Shown here piece by piece: positions 16,276 through 24,579 of a stretch of DNA of 64,000 nt (position 1 is the first letter of the stretch; the number at the start of each line of letters is the position of its first letter). Location of the stretch: assembly GCA_045802645.1 (NCBI GenBank), contig JBJMQQ010000013.1:1588-65587 (forward strand), given 5' to 3'. This stretch comes from Polyangia bacterium (GTDB lineage: Bacteria > Myxococcota_A > Polyangia > Fen-1088). The notes under the pieces were generated by a model. It was not told the DNA's origin, did no database searches, and worked only from the letters and a program-made list of their open reading frames with translations. Position numbers and translations under genes: made by a program.

Positions 16276-17948
16276 GGCAGCACCTCCCCGGCGGCCGGCG
16301 CCCGGTAGCGGAAGGTTCGCGACGTCGCCACCGCGGCGATGAGATCGCGGATGTTGCCGGTGGATTGAAAAGCCTTCGCGGCGCCCTGCACCGACGCCAG
16401 GTCCGCGCTGGTGTCCCAGCGGTTGAGCGCGTAGCGCGTCCACTGGCGCGCGAAGCAGCTCTGAACGTCCGGGCTGCTGGCCAGCATCGTGGTCAGCGCG
16501 ACCGCGTTCGGGAACGTCTGCATCTCACCGTTGAGCGGGATCTGGCCGTTGGCGTCGACCGGCAGGCTCTGGTCCGTCGTGCGGTACTGGCCGATGCCGT
16601 CGTAGTTCTCGAACCCGTAGCCGATGGGGTCCATCGCGTTGTGACAGCTCCCCGTGCAGCTGTTCTGATCGTGCTGCAGGAACCGGTCGCGCGTCGTGAG
16701 CCCGGGGGTGGGTGGTTGCGGCGGCGGCACGTTGTTGGGCGGATTGGGCAGCACGTTGCACAGAAGCCGCGTGTAGATGGCGTGCCCGCGCCGAACCGGC
16801 GACGATCCGTCGCTGGCGCCGGTCACCGTGAGGAACCCGGCCAACGTCAGCAACCCCGAGCGCTGCGTTCCGTCCAGGGTCACCGGCTTGGGCGTCGTCC
16901 CCGTGACGCCCGTGACCTTGTACACCGCCGCAAGGGCCTGGTTCGCGGACGTCGACGTGCCGGTGAGGAGATCGGTGAACGAGCCGCTGCCCGTCAGCAC
17001 GGAGCTCCCGAACGCGCGGAACTCGTTCTCCATGGCGCTGGCCAGGTCCTGGTTCCACATCGGGTAGAGGGTCGCGTCCTTGGGTCGCGACGGCAGCACA
17101 TTGACGTCCAGCCAGTCGTCGAAGAAGTCCGCCGCCATGTCGGCCGCCTTCGGATCCGCCAGCATGCGCTGGATCTGTGTCTGCAGACCGTCTGTGGTGG
17201 TCAGCTCTCCGGCCGCGGCCGCCGCGAACAGCGCCTGATCCGGCATCGTCCCCCACACGAAGTACGACAGCCGGTTGGCGATCTGGTAGTTGCCCAGCTG
17301 CACGACGTTGCCGTCCTTCACCGCGTGGCCGGGATCCATCTCCCAGTGGTAGACGAACTGCGGCGACTGCAGCATCGTCTCGATCAGCAGGTCGATCGCG
17401 CCGTTGAAATCCAGCCCCAGCGTCGTGCGCCCGGTCTGGTACATCGCCGTCAGGTCGGTGACCTCGGTCGGGCTCAGCGGGCGGCGGAAGACCTTGGCGC
17501 CGAACGTCGTGATGAATTGATTCGCGCAGCCGGCCTCCGCGCCGCTGTTGGCGGGCGTGCAGGGGAGCACCGACGACAGCTTCGTGGCGAGGTGGGTAGC
17601 CAGCGTCTCGGCGGCGGACTGCAGGTTGCCGGCCTCGAAGTTCCCGATCGCGCCCGGCTGCCGGAACGGAAAGGCGTTGTTGCTGAGGTCGTCGGATTCG
17701 CTGGGGACGTCGCCGCTGTCCAGGGTCGTGTCGGCCAGCAAATCGCGCGCGGTGTTCAGGTATTCGCGCGCCGTCAGGCGTCGCAGCGGCAACACCCCCG
17801 CGGCCTTCGGGTCGCCGGGCGCGCTGCCGGTACCGCCGGTCGCGCCCGCGCCGCCACCGCTGGCGTCGATCTCTCCGCGGCAACCCCCCAACAGGAGGGC
17901 AGCGATCAGGGCACCGGGGCGTATGAATCGTGTCCAGTGATCGATCAC
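16272..17948 (-). CDS. DUF1592/DUF1585/DUF1588-family lipoprotein (partner of DUF1552)
   Basis: Lipobox LLGGC. DUF1585-type motif SCTGSCHNAMDPIGYGFENYDGIGQYR. GTG start with GGGAGG RBS. Confidence 0.8.
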   Translation of the reverse strand: MIDHWTRFIRPGALIAALLLGGCRGEIDASGGGAGATGGTGSAPGDPKAAGVLPLRRLTAREYLNTARDLLADTTLDSGDVPSESDDLSNNAFPFRQPGAIGNFEAGNLQSAAETLATHLATKLSSVLPCTPANSGAEAGCANQFITTFGAKVFRRPLSPTEVTDLTAMYQTGRTTLGLDFNGAIDLLIETMLQSPQFVYHWEMDPGHAVKDGNVVQLGNYQIANRLSYFVWGTMPDQALFAAAAAGELTTTDGLQTQIQRMLADPKAADMAADFFDDWLDVNVLPSRPKDATLYPMWNQDLASAMENEFRAFGSSVLTGSGSFTDLLTGTSTSANQALAAVYKVTGVTGTTPKPVTLDGTQRSGLLTLAGFLTVTGASDGSSPVRRGHAIYTRLLCNVLPNPPNNVPPPQPPTPGLTTRDRFLQHDQNSCTGSCHNAMDPIGYGFENYDGIGQYRTTDQSLPVDANGQIPLNGEMQTFPNAVALTTMLASSPDVQSCFARQWTRYALNRWDTSADLASVQGAAKAFQSTGNIRDLIAAVATSRTFRYRAPAAGEVLP

Positions 17949-18132
17949 GCAAACCTCCCGCGCTGCAGTCGGGGGGCACCGGCAACCACCCGGGGCGCCG
18001 GCACCGACGGATCCTGGCGAACCCGCATTATCTTCGATTTCGCTTCGGGACGCGCCAAAAAAGAGAGACTGAACGTGTCCTCAATTCAAAGGGCAGCGCC
18101 CCTTCCGGACCTTCATTGGACCTCCACGGCGG

Positions 18133-18161
18133 TTGACATTCGCCGCGCGGCGCGGCAATTC
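18133..18161 (+). promoter_or_regulatory. Putative sigma-70-type promoter for the metE riboswitch leader (TTGACA-N17-CAATTC)
   Basis: Perfect TTGACA at 18133-18138 and a weak -10 CAATTC 17 nt downstream, immediately 5' of the riboswitch P1 region. The architecture is shared with the nrdAB riboswitch promoter. Confidence 0.35.
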
Positions 18162-18365
18162 TGGCGTCCTGCTGGTGTCCCGGGGTTGATCCCTCGGGAC
18201 TGAAAAGGGAACCCGGTGAGAATCCGGGGCTGCCCCGCAGCGGTAAACGAGAACGACGTCCGCCACATGCACTGGTCCACCCGGACCGGGAAGCGGCGGG
18301 CCAAGGGACCCGGCGAAAGCCGGCAAGCTCGCGAGCCCGAAGACCTGCCAGCGGCTGACGTAGGG
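18162..18365 (+). ncRNA. Cobalamin (B12) riboswitch in metE 5' leader
   Basis: Contains tgAAAAGGGAAcccGGTGAGAATCCggGGCTGCCCCGCAGCGGTAAAcg (conserved cobalamin-riboswitch core) and the B12-box GCGAGCCCGAAGACCTGCCAGC, ~150 nt upstream of metE. Confidence 0.8.
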
Positions 18366-18507
18366 ACAAATCCTACGGCTGCAGATCCGTCGCCTCGCGG
18401 GAGGCCGGTGGGTCGATGGCCGGCGGTCTCCGTTCGTGCCTTTCGGCTCTCCGTGTCACCCGCGTGGCGGCTTCACGCCCGGGGGGGCGAGACCCAAGGA
18501 GAGATCG

Positions 18508-20868
18508 ATGCTGTCGAATCAAGGCGTACTGGCAACGTGTTTGGGCCATCCACGAATCGGTGCCCAGCGTGAGCTGAAGGCAACCCTGGAGGCGTACTGG
18601 GCGGGGCGCGCGTCGCGCGAGGAGCTGGAGGAGACGGGCCGGGAGCTGCGGCGGCGACACTGGCTCGCCATGCGCGCCGCGGGCATGGACCACGTCCCGT
18701 GCAACGACTTCTCTTTCTACGATCACGTTCTGGATGCGGCGATCGCGACCGGGATCGTCCCGCCCCGCTATCGCGTCGTCGCCGATCCCCTGGCGCGGAT
18801 GTTCGCGATGGCGCGTGGCCTGCAGGATCGCGCGACGGGCGCGGACCTGCCGGCGCTGGAGATGACCAAGTGGTTCGACACCAACTACCACTACCTGGTC
18901 CCGGAGCTGGAGCCGGACCAGGTGTTCCGGCTGGACCCGACGAAGATCCTCGGTGAGGTGAGGGAGGCGCGCGCGCTGGGGATCCCGGTGCGCCCCGTGC
19001 TGCTGGGGCCGGTGACGTTGCTGCGGCTGTCGAAGACGGCCGCAGGGGCGCCGGCGTCGACGCTGGTCGGCGTGCTGGATCGGCTGGTTGGCGTCTACGA
19101 AGAGCTGCTGGCGACGCTGGCCGGCGAACAGGTTGCATGGGTGCAGCTGGACGAACCGGTGCTGGCTTTGGATCTCGACAGCGCGACGCGCGAGGCTTAC
19201 CGGCGCGCGCTGGGGCGCCTCTCGTTCCTGAAGAAGCGGCCCCGGTTGATGCTGACGACCTACTTCGAGGGGATCGGCGACAATCTGGCTCTGGCCGTGC
19301 AGTCCGGCTGCGAGGCGATCCACGTCGACCTCGTGCGCGCGCCCGAGCAGCTGGACGCAGTCCTGGCCGCGCTGCCACCGGACACCGTGCTGTCCGCGGG
19401 CGTCGTCGACGGGCGCAACGTCTGGCGGGCCGACCTGGACGCCGCCCACGCGCGCGTGCGCCGCGCCGTGCGCGCGCTGGGGCCAGAGCGGGTCTGGGTG
19501 GCGCCGTCGTGTTCGCTGCTGCACGTGCCCGTCGACATCACGGGTGAAGAGGCGCTGGACCCACAGCTGAAGTCGTGGCTGGCGTTCGCGCGGCAGAAGC
19601 TGGAAGAGCTCCGCGTGCTGGCCGACGCCGCCGGAGACGACGCGCCGGCGTCTGCGGCGTTCGCCATCTCGCGCGCGGTGCGCGAGGGGCGCCGCGCGTC
19701 CGAGCAGGTGCGCAACCCCGCGGTCCGCGCGCGGGTGCAGGGAGTCGACGACCGGATGCTGCACCGGCGCAGTCCCTATTCGCAGCGCGCCGTCCGGCAA
19801 CGCGCGCGGTTCGCGCTGCCGCTGCTCCCGACGACGACGATCGGCTCGTTCCCGCAGACGGGGGACGTCCGGGCGGCGCGCGCGGCCTGGCGGGCGCGTC
19901 GTCTGATGGACGCCGACTACGTGCGCTTCTTGAAAGAGGAGACAGCCCGCTGCATCGCCAAGCAAGAGGAGCTGGGCCTGGACGTGCTGGTGCACGGCGA
20001 GTTCGAGCGCACCGACATGGTCGAGTACTTCGGCGAGCAGTTGCAGGGGTTCGCGTTCACCCACAATGGCTGGGTGCAGAGTTACGGGTCGCGCTGCGTG
20101 AAGCCGCCCGTGCTCTACGGCGACGTCGCGCGGCCGCGTCCGATGACGGTTGACTGGAGCCAGTACGCGCAGTCGCTGACGTCGCGCCCGGTGAAGGGGA
20201 TGCTGACGGGGCCCGTCACGATCCTGCAGTGGTCATTCGTTCGCGACGACGAGCCGCGCGCAGCGGTGTGCGCCCAGGTGGCGCTTGCGCTGCGTGACGA
20301 GGTCGCCGATCTGGAAGCGGCGGGCATTGGCATGATCCAGGTCGACGAGCCGGCGATCCGCGAGGGGCTGCCGCTGCGGCGCCGCAAGTGGGGCGACTAC
20401 CTGCGCTGGGCCGTCGACGGATTCCGGCTGGCCACCGCCGGCGTTCGCGACGACACGCAGATCCATACGCACATGTGCTACGCGGAATTTGGCGACATCC
20501 TTGCGGCCGTCGCCGAGATGGACGCGGACGTGCTGTCGATCGAGACGTCGCGCTCGCGCATGGAGCTGCTGGGTGACTTTGGCCGCTTCGCTTACCCGAA
20601 CGAGGTGGGGCCCGGCGTCTACGACATCCACTCGCCGCGCGTGCCCTCGGTCGAGGACATGCTGCAGCTGCTGCGGCGCGCAGCGAGGGTGCTACCGCGC
20701 GAGCGGTTGTGGGTGAACCCCGACTGCGGCCTCAAGACCCGCGGCTGGCCGGAGGTCGAGGCGGCGCTCCGCAACCTGGTGGAAGCAGCGCGCCGCCTTC
20801 GAGAGGAGCAGGGACGCGACGATCAGAAGCTGGCGTCCAGCACGACGTCGCCCGTGACGCCGACCTGA
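18508..20868 (+). CDS. metE: Cobalamin-independent methionine synthase (5-methyltetrahydropteroyltriglutamate-homocysteine S-methyltransferase)
   Basis: ATG 18508 with AAGGAGAG RBS. Translation aligns to MetE over two domains (HRIGAQRELK...; C-terminal NPDCGLKTRGWPE). Confidence 0.92.
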   Translation: MLSNQGVLATCLGHPRIGAQRELKATLEAYWAGRASREELEETGRELRRRHWLAMRAAGMDHVPCNDFSFYDHVLDAAIATGIVPPRYRVVADPLARMFAMARGLQDRATGADLPALEMTKWFDTNYHYLVPELEPDQVFRLDPTKILGEVREARALGIPVRPVLLGPVTLLRLSKTAAGAPASTLVGVLDRLVGVYEELLATLAGEQVAWVQLDEPVLALDLDSATREAYRRALGRLSFLKKRPRLMLTTYFEGIGDNLALAVQSGCEAIHVDLVRAPEQLDAVLAALPPDTVLSAGVVDGRNVWRADLDAAHARVRRAVRALGPERVWVAPSCSLLHVPVDITGEEALDPQLKSWLAFARQKLEELRVLADAAGDDAPASAAFAISRAVREGRRASEQVRNPAVRARVQGVDDRMLHRRSPYSQRAVRQRARFALPLLPTTTIGSFPQTGDVRAARAAWRARRLMDADYVRFLKEETARCIAKQEELGLDVLVHGEFERTDMVEYFGEQLQGFAFTHNGWVQSYGSRCVKPPVLYGDVARPRPMTVDWSQYAQSLTSRPVKGMLTGPVTILQWSFVRDDEPRAAVCAQVALALRDEVADLEAAGIGMIQVDEPAIREGLPLRRRKWGDYLRWAVDGFRLATAGVRDDTQIHTHMCYAEFGDILAAVAEMDADVLSIETSRSRMELLGDFGRFAYPNEVGPGVYDIHSPRVPSVEDMLQLLRRAARVLPRERLWVNPDCGLKTRGWPEVEAALRNLVEAARRLREEQGRDDQKLASSTTSPVTPT

Positions 20869-21848
20869 TAGGCCGAGACCCGCCGCTCGAAGAAGTTCGT
20901 GACCTCCTGGACGTCCTGCAGATCCATGAAGGGCAGCGGGTTGGCGGTCACGCCGTAGCGGCGGGGCATCCCCAGCGTCGCCAGGCGCCGGTCGGCGCAA
21001 TGTTCCAGATAGCGGCGGACGTCACCGACCGACAGGCCGGCGACGCCGCCGCCCAGCAGGTCCTCCGCGAACTGGGTCTCGCACTCGACGGCCTCGTCCA
21101 TCATGGCCGCCACCGCCCGCCCCAGCTCGGCGTCGAACAGCGCCGGCTCCTCGCGGCGGATGGTGGCGATCACCTCGAACGCGAACGCCATGTGCGCGCT
21201 CTCGTCGCGGAACACCCAGTTGGTGCCCGCGGCGAGGCCGTGCAAGAGGCCGCGTGACCGCAGGAAGTACACGTAGGCGAACGCGCCGAAGAAGAACAGC
21301 CCCTCCACGCAGGCCGCGAACGCGATCACGTTCAGCAGGAACTGTCGCCGATCCGCCTGGGTATCCAGGCGGGTGAGCGACTGGATCGAGTCCAGCCAGC
21401 GCATGCAGAACGCCGCCTTTTGCCGGATGGACGGGATGTTGTCGACGGCCGCGAAGGCGCGCGCCCGCTGTTCGGGGTCCGGCACGTAGGTGTCGAGCAG
21501 CGTCAGATAGAACTGCACGTGCAGCGCCTCCTCGTAGAGCTGCCGCGACAGGTACATCCGCGCCTCGGGCGCGTTGATGTGGCGATACAGGTTCAGCACC
21601 AGGTTGTTCGCCACGATGGAGTCGCCGGTCGCGAAGAACGCCACAAGCCGCTGGACCAGGTGGCGCTCGGCGTCGGTCATCTTGACGCCGAGGTCGCGCA
21701 CGTCCGTCGAGAAGTCGACCTCCTCGACCGTCCAGGTGTTCTTGATGGCGCCCCGGTACATGTCGAAGAACGCGGGGTAGGCCATGGGCCGCAACGTCAG
21801 GCAGAGCCCCGGATCCAGCAGCCGGGCAGGGCGCGCGCTGGCGTTCAT
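20823..21848 (-). CDS. nrdB: Ribonucleoside-diphosphate reductase beta subunit (class Ia)
   Basis: Last 341 codons of the artefactual ORF 20823..24110 give an R2-like ferritin fold (AFFATGDSIV..., EEALHVQFY, FRDESAHMAFAF). Start overlaps the nrdA stop (ATGA). Confidence 0.9.
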   Translation of the reverse strand: MNASARPARLLDPGLCLTLRPMAYPAFFDMYRGAIKNTWTVEEVDFSTDVRDLGVKMTDAERHLVQRLVAFFATGDSIVANNLVLNLYRHINAPEARMYLSRQLYEEALHVQFYLTLLDTYVPDPEQRARAFAAVDNIPSIRQKAAFCMRWLDSIQSLTRLDTQADRRQFLLNVIAFAACVEGLFFFGAFAYVYFLRSRGLLHGLAAGTNWVFRDESAHMAFAFEVIATIRREEPALFDAELGRAVAAMMDEAVECETQFAEDLLGGGVAGLSVGDVRRYLEHCADRRLATLGMPRRYGVTANPLPFMDLQDVQEVTNFFERRVSAYQVGVTGDVVLDASF

Positions 21849-24229
21849 TGGCAAGCCTCGCAAGACTCGGGGTTCTCCAGCGAGCAGGCGACGGCGTCGG
21901 CGTCCGCATTCACGTTCGCGACCGGCGCGTCCACCGTCGCCTTCGCGATCTTCGTGGCGGGACGCGAGCGCAGGTAGTACGTCGTCTTCAGCCCTCTTTG
22001 CCAGGCGTAGAAGTACATCGACGAGAGCTGGCCGATGTTCGGGCTCTCGATGAACAGGTTCAGCGACTGGCTCTGGTCGATGAACGCGCCACGGTCGGCG
22101 GCCATGTCGATGAGCGACCGCATCGGGAGCTCCCAGGCGGTCCGGTAGATCGCCCGCAGCGACTCCGGGAGCTCGGAGAGCCCCTGGACCGACCCCTCGG
22201 CCAGCTTCAGCCGGTTCCGCGTCGCGTCCGTCCAGAGGCCCAGCGCCTTCAGCTCCGCGACGAGGTACCGGTTGACCTGCAGGAAGTCGCCGGACAGCGT
22301 CTCGCGCTTGAACAGGTTCGAGACCTGCGGCTCGATGCACTCGCCGCAGCCCGCGATCGAGGCGATGGTGGCCGTCGGCGCGATGGCGATCAGCAACGAG
22401 TTGCGCAGGCCGACCTCCTGAATGCGAGTCCGCAGCGCCTCCCAGCGGGTCGGAGCGTCCGGGGTGACGCCCCAGGCCTGGAACTGCAGCTCGCCCCGGG
22501 CGGCGCGCGTCTCGGCGAACGACGGGTGCGCCCCTTTTTCCGCCGCCAGGTCGGCCGACGTGGTCAGCGCGTGAAAGTAGATCTCCTCGGCGATGCGGCG
22601 CGACAGCGCGCGCGCCTCGGGCGCGTCGAACGGCAGCCGGAGCTGGAAGAAGAGGTCCTGCAAGTCCATCACGCCCAGCCCGACAGGCCGCCAGCGCAGG
22701 TTCGAGGCCTGCGTACTGGGGATCGGATAGAAGTTGAGGTCGATCACCCGATCGAGCTGGCGCACGGCGATCTGCACCGTCCTGGCCAACTTGTCGAAGT
22801 CGAACACCACCGCGCCGTCGTCGGTGCGGCGGCTGTGGCGGGCCAGGTTGATCGACCCGAGGTTGCAGACGGCGGTCTCGTCCCCGGACGTTACCTCCAG
22901 GATCTCCGTGCACAGGTTCGACAGGTGCACGGTGCGCCCCGGCAGCGCCGTCTGGTTGCACGCGCGGTTGGACTTGTCCTTGAACGTCATCCAGCCGTTC
23001 CCGGTCTGCGCCAGCGTGCGCATCATCCGCGCGTAGAGGTCGCGCGCCTTCACGGTCCGGGCCGCCAGCCCCGCCGTCTCGGCGGATGCATAGGCGCGCT
23101 CGAACTCTTCGCCGTAAAGGTCGGGCAGCTCGGGCACCACCTTGGGATCGAACAGGCTCCAGTCCCCGTCGGACTCGACCCGCCGCATGAACAGGTCCGG
23201 CACCCAGTTCGCCAGGTTCAGGTTGTGCGTGCGGCTGGCGTCGTCGCCCGTGTTCTCGCGAAGGGACAGGAACTCCTCGATGTCGGCGTGCCAGGTCTCG
23301 AGATACACGCAGCAGGCGCCCTTGCGCTTGCCCCCCTGGTTCACGGCGGCGACCGAGGCGTCCAGCGTCTTCAGCCACGGGACGATGCCGTTCGAGTGGC
23401 CGTTCGTGCTCTCGATCAGCGACCCGCGCGAACGAACGCGGTGATACGCGAGCCCAATGCCGCCCGAGAACTTCGACAGCAGCGCCGCGTCCGTGTAGCG
23501 CTGGTAGATGCCGGCCAGGTGATCCGGCGGTGAGTCGAGCAGGAAGCAGCTGGACAGCTGCTCGTGCCGGGTGCCGGCGTTGAACATCGTCGGTGAGCTG
23601 GGCAGGTACTCCAGCGTCGAGAACAGCGCATAGAGGTCCAGCGCGCCCGCGACGGTGTCGGACAGCGCGCAGGCGATTCGCAGGAAGAAGTGCTGCGGCG
23701 TCTCGATCACGAGCCGCGTCTGCGGGTGCCGCAGCAGGTAGCGGTCGTAGAGCGTGCGTAGCCCGAAGTACTCGAACTCGTTGCTGCGCGCCGCGACGAC
23801 CGCGTCGTTCAGCTTGCGCGCGTGGGCCGTGACGAATGCGCTCAGTCGCTCGTTGGCCAGCCCGAGCCGGTGCGCGGTCACCACCGACTGAGAGAAGGCG
23901 TGAATCTCCTGACCGCGGACTTCCTTGTCGACGGTGGTCGCCAGCAGCCGCGCGGCCAGCTTCGCGTACTGCGGCTCCTCGACGATCAAGGCCGCGGCGG
24001 TCTGGATCGACAACTGATCCAGCTCGCGCGTGGTCGCCCCGTCGTAAAGGCCGCTGATCGTCTTGGTCGCGACGCGCATGGCGTCGACGTCGGGCAACCC
24101 GGCGCAGCACCGGTTCACCGCGCGGACGATCTTGTTGACGTCGACGGGTTCCCAGGCGCCGTTGCGCTTGCGGACCCGCATGGTCGTGTGCGGCACCATC
24201 GCCGCCTCGGTCTTCGTGGCTGTCAGCAT
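21845..24229 (-). CDS. nrdA: Ribonucleoside-diphosphate reductase alpha subunit (class Ia, with ATP-cone)
   Basis: ATP-cone MRVRKRNGAWEPVDVNKIVRAVN. Catalytic core (...CNLGSINL...). ATG 24229 is preceded by AGGAGGggacgc. Confidence 0.9.
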   Translation of the reverse strand: MLTATKTEAAMVPHTTMRVRKRNGAWEPVDVNKIVRAVNRCCAGLPDVDAMRVATKTISGLYDGATTRELDQLSIQTAAALIVEEPQYAKLAARLLATTVDKEVRGQEIHAFSQSVVTAHRLGLANERLSAFVTAHARKLNDAVVAARSNEFEYFGLRTLYDRYLLRHPQTRLVIETPQHFFLRIACALSDTVAGALDLYALFSTLEYLPSSPTMFNAGTRHEQLSSCFLLDSPPDHLAGIYQRYTDAALLSKFSGGIGLAYHRVRSRGSLIESTNGHSNGIVPWLKTLDASVAAVNQGGKRKGACCVYLETWHADIEEFLSLRENTGDDASRTHNLNLANWVPDLFMRRVESDGDWSLFDPKVVPELPDLYGEEFERAYASAETAGLAARTVKARDLYARMMRTLAQTGNGWMTFKDKSNRACNQTALPGRTVHLSNLCTEILEVTSGDETAVCNLGSINLARHSRRTDDGAVVFDFDKLARTVQIAVRQLDRVIDLNFYPIPSTQASNLRWRPVGLGVMDLQDLFFQLRLPFDAPEARALSRRIAEEIYFHALTTSADLAAEKGAHPSFAETRAARGELQFQAWGVTPDAPTRWEALRTRIQEVGLRNSLLIAIAPTATIASIAGCGECIEPQVSNLFKRETLSGDFLQVNRYLVAELKALGLWTDATRNRLKLAEGSVQGLSELPESLRAIYRTAWELPMRSLIDMAADRGAFIDQSQSLNLFIESPNIGQLSSMYFYAWQRGLKTTYYLRSRPATKIAKATVDAPVANVNADADAVACSLENPESCEACQ

Positions 24230-24287
24230 GCGTCCCCTCCTGCCTCCCGCGAGGCTCAGGTCATTGCCGGCGCGCATTTCGCGCGCG

Positions 24288-24499
24288 GGTGCTGGCAGGT
24301 CTTCGGGCTCGCGAGCGTGTCGGCCGTTTGGCCGCGTGCCTACCGTCCCCGGCTTCCCAACCCCGAAAGGGGATCAGTGCCGGCTCGGCTCGTCGCCAAG
24401 CTGGGGACTTCGTTCTCGCCTACCGCTGCGGGGCAGCCCCGGATTCCGACCGGGTTCCCTTTTGGCCCGCGAGACCATCCCCGCGGGTCACCAGCACAG
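24288..24499 (-). ncRNA. Cobalamin (B12) riboswitch in nrdAB 5' leader (minus strand)
   Basis: The reverse complement contains CAAAAGGGAAcccGGTcgGAATCCggGGCTGCCCCGCAGCGGTAgg and a B12-box GCTCGCGAGCCCGAAGACCTGCCAGC identical to the metE copy. A GCCTCGCGGGAGGC hairpin abuts the AGGAGG RBS. Confidence 0.75.
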
Positions 24500-24505
24500 G
24501 ACGCA

Positions 24506-24534
24506 ACGTAACGCACTGTATGGTCATGCGTCAA
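24506..24534 (-). promoter_or_regulatory. Putative promoter for nrdAB riboswitch leader (TTGACG-N17-TTACGT on minus strand)
   Basis: It has the same spacing and the same downstream GCGTCCTG(C/T)TGGTG start as the metE leader promoter. It lies in the 75-nt gap after the upstream gene stop. Confidence 0.3.
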
Positions 24535-24579
24535 CTGAATATCGTGGGTCGATCGCTGTCGCACCACTGCATACAGTGG

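Noticed and set aside
5436-20064. Other long shadow ORFs (5436..6926+, 9386..10984-, 11261..12529-, 11623..13380-, 13745..15967-, 14782..16308+, 16365..18203+, 16525..17985-, 18373..20064-)
   Set aside because: Each lies opposite to or off-frame of a gene with clear domain signatures. Compositions are Arg/Gly/Pro-biased.
20823-24110. 1095-aa ORF on the minus strand spanning nrdB and most of nrdA
   Set aside because: Only its last 341 codons correspond to NrdB. The upstream part is an off-frame shadow of nrdA (21845..24229), which has the ATP-cone and catalytic motifs.
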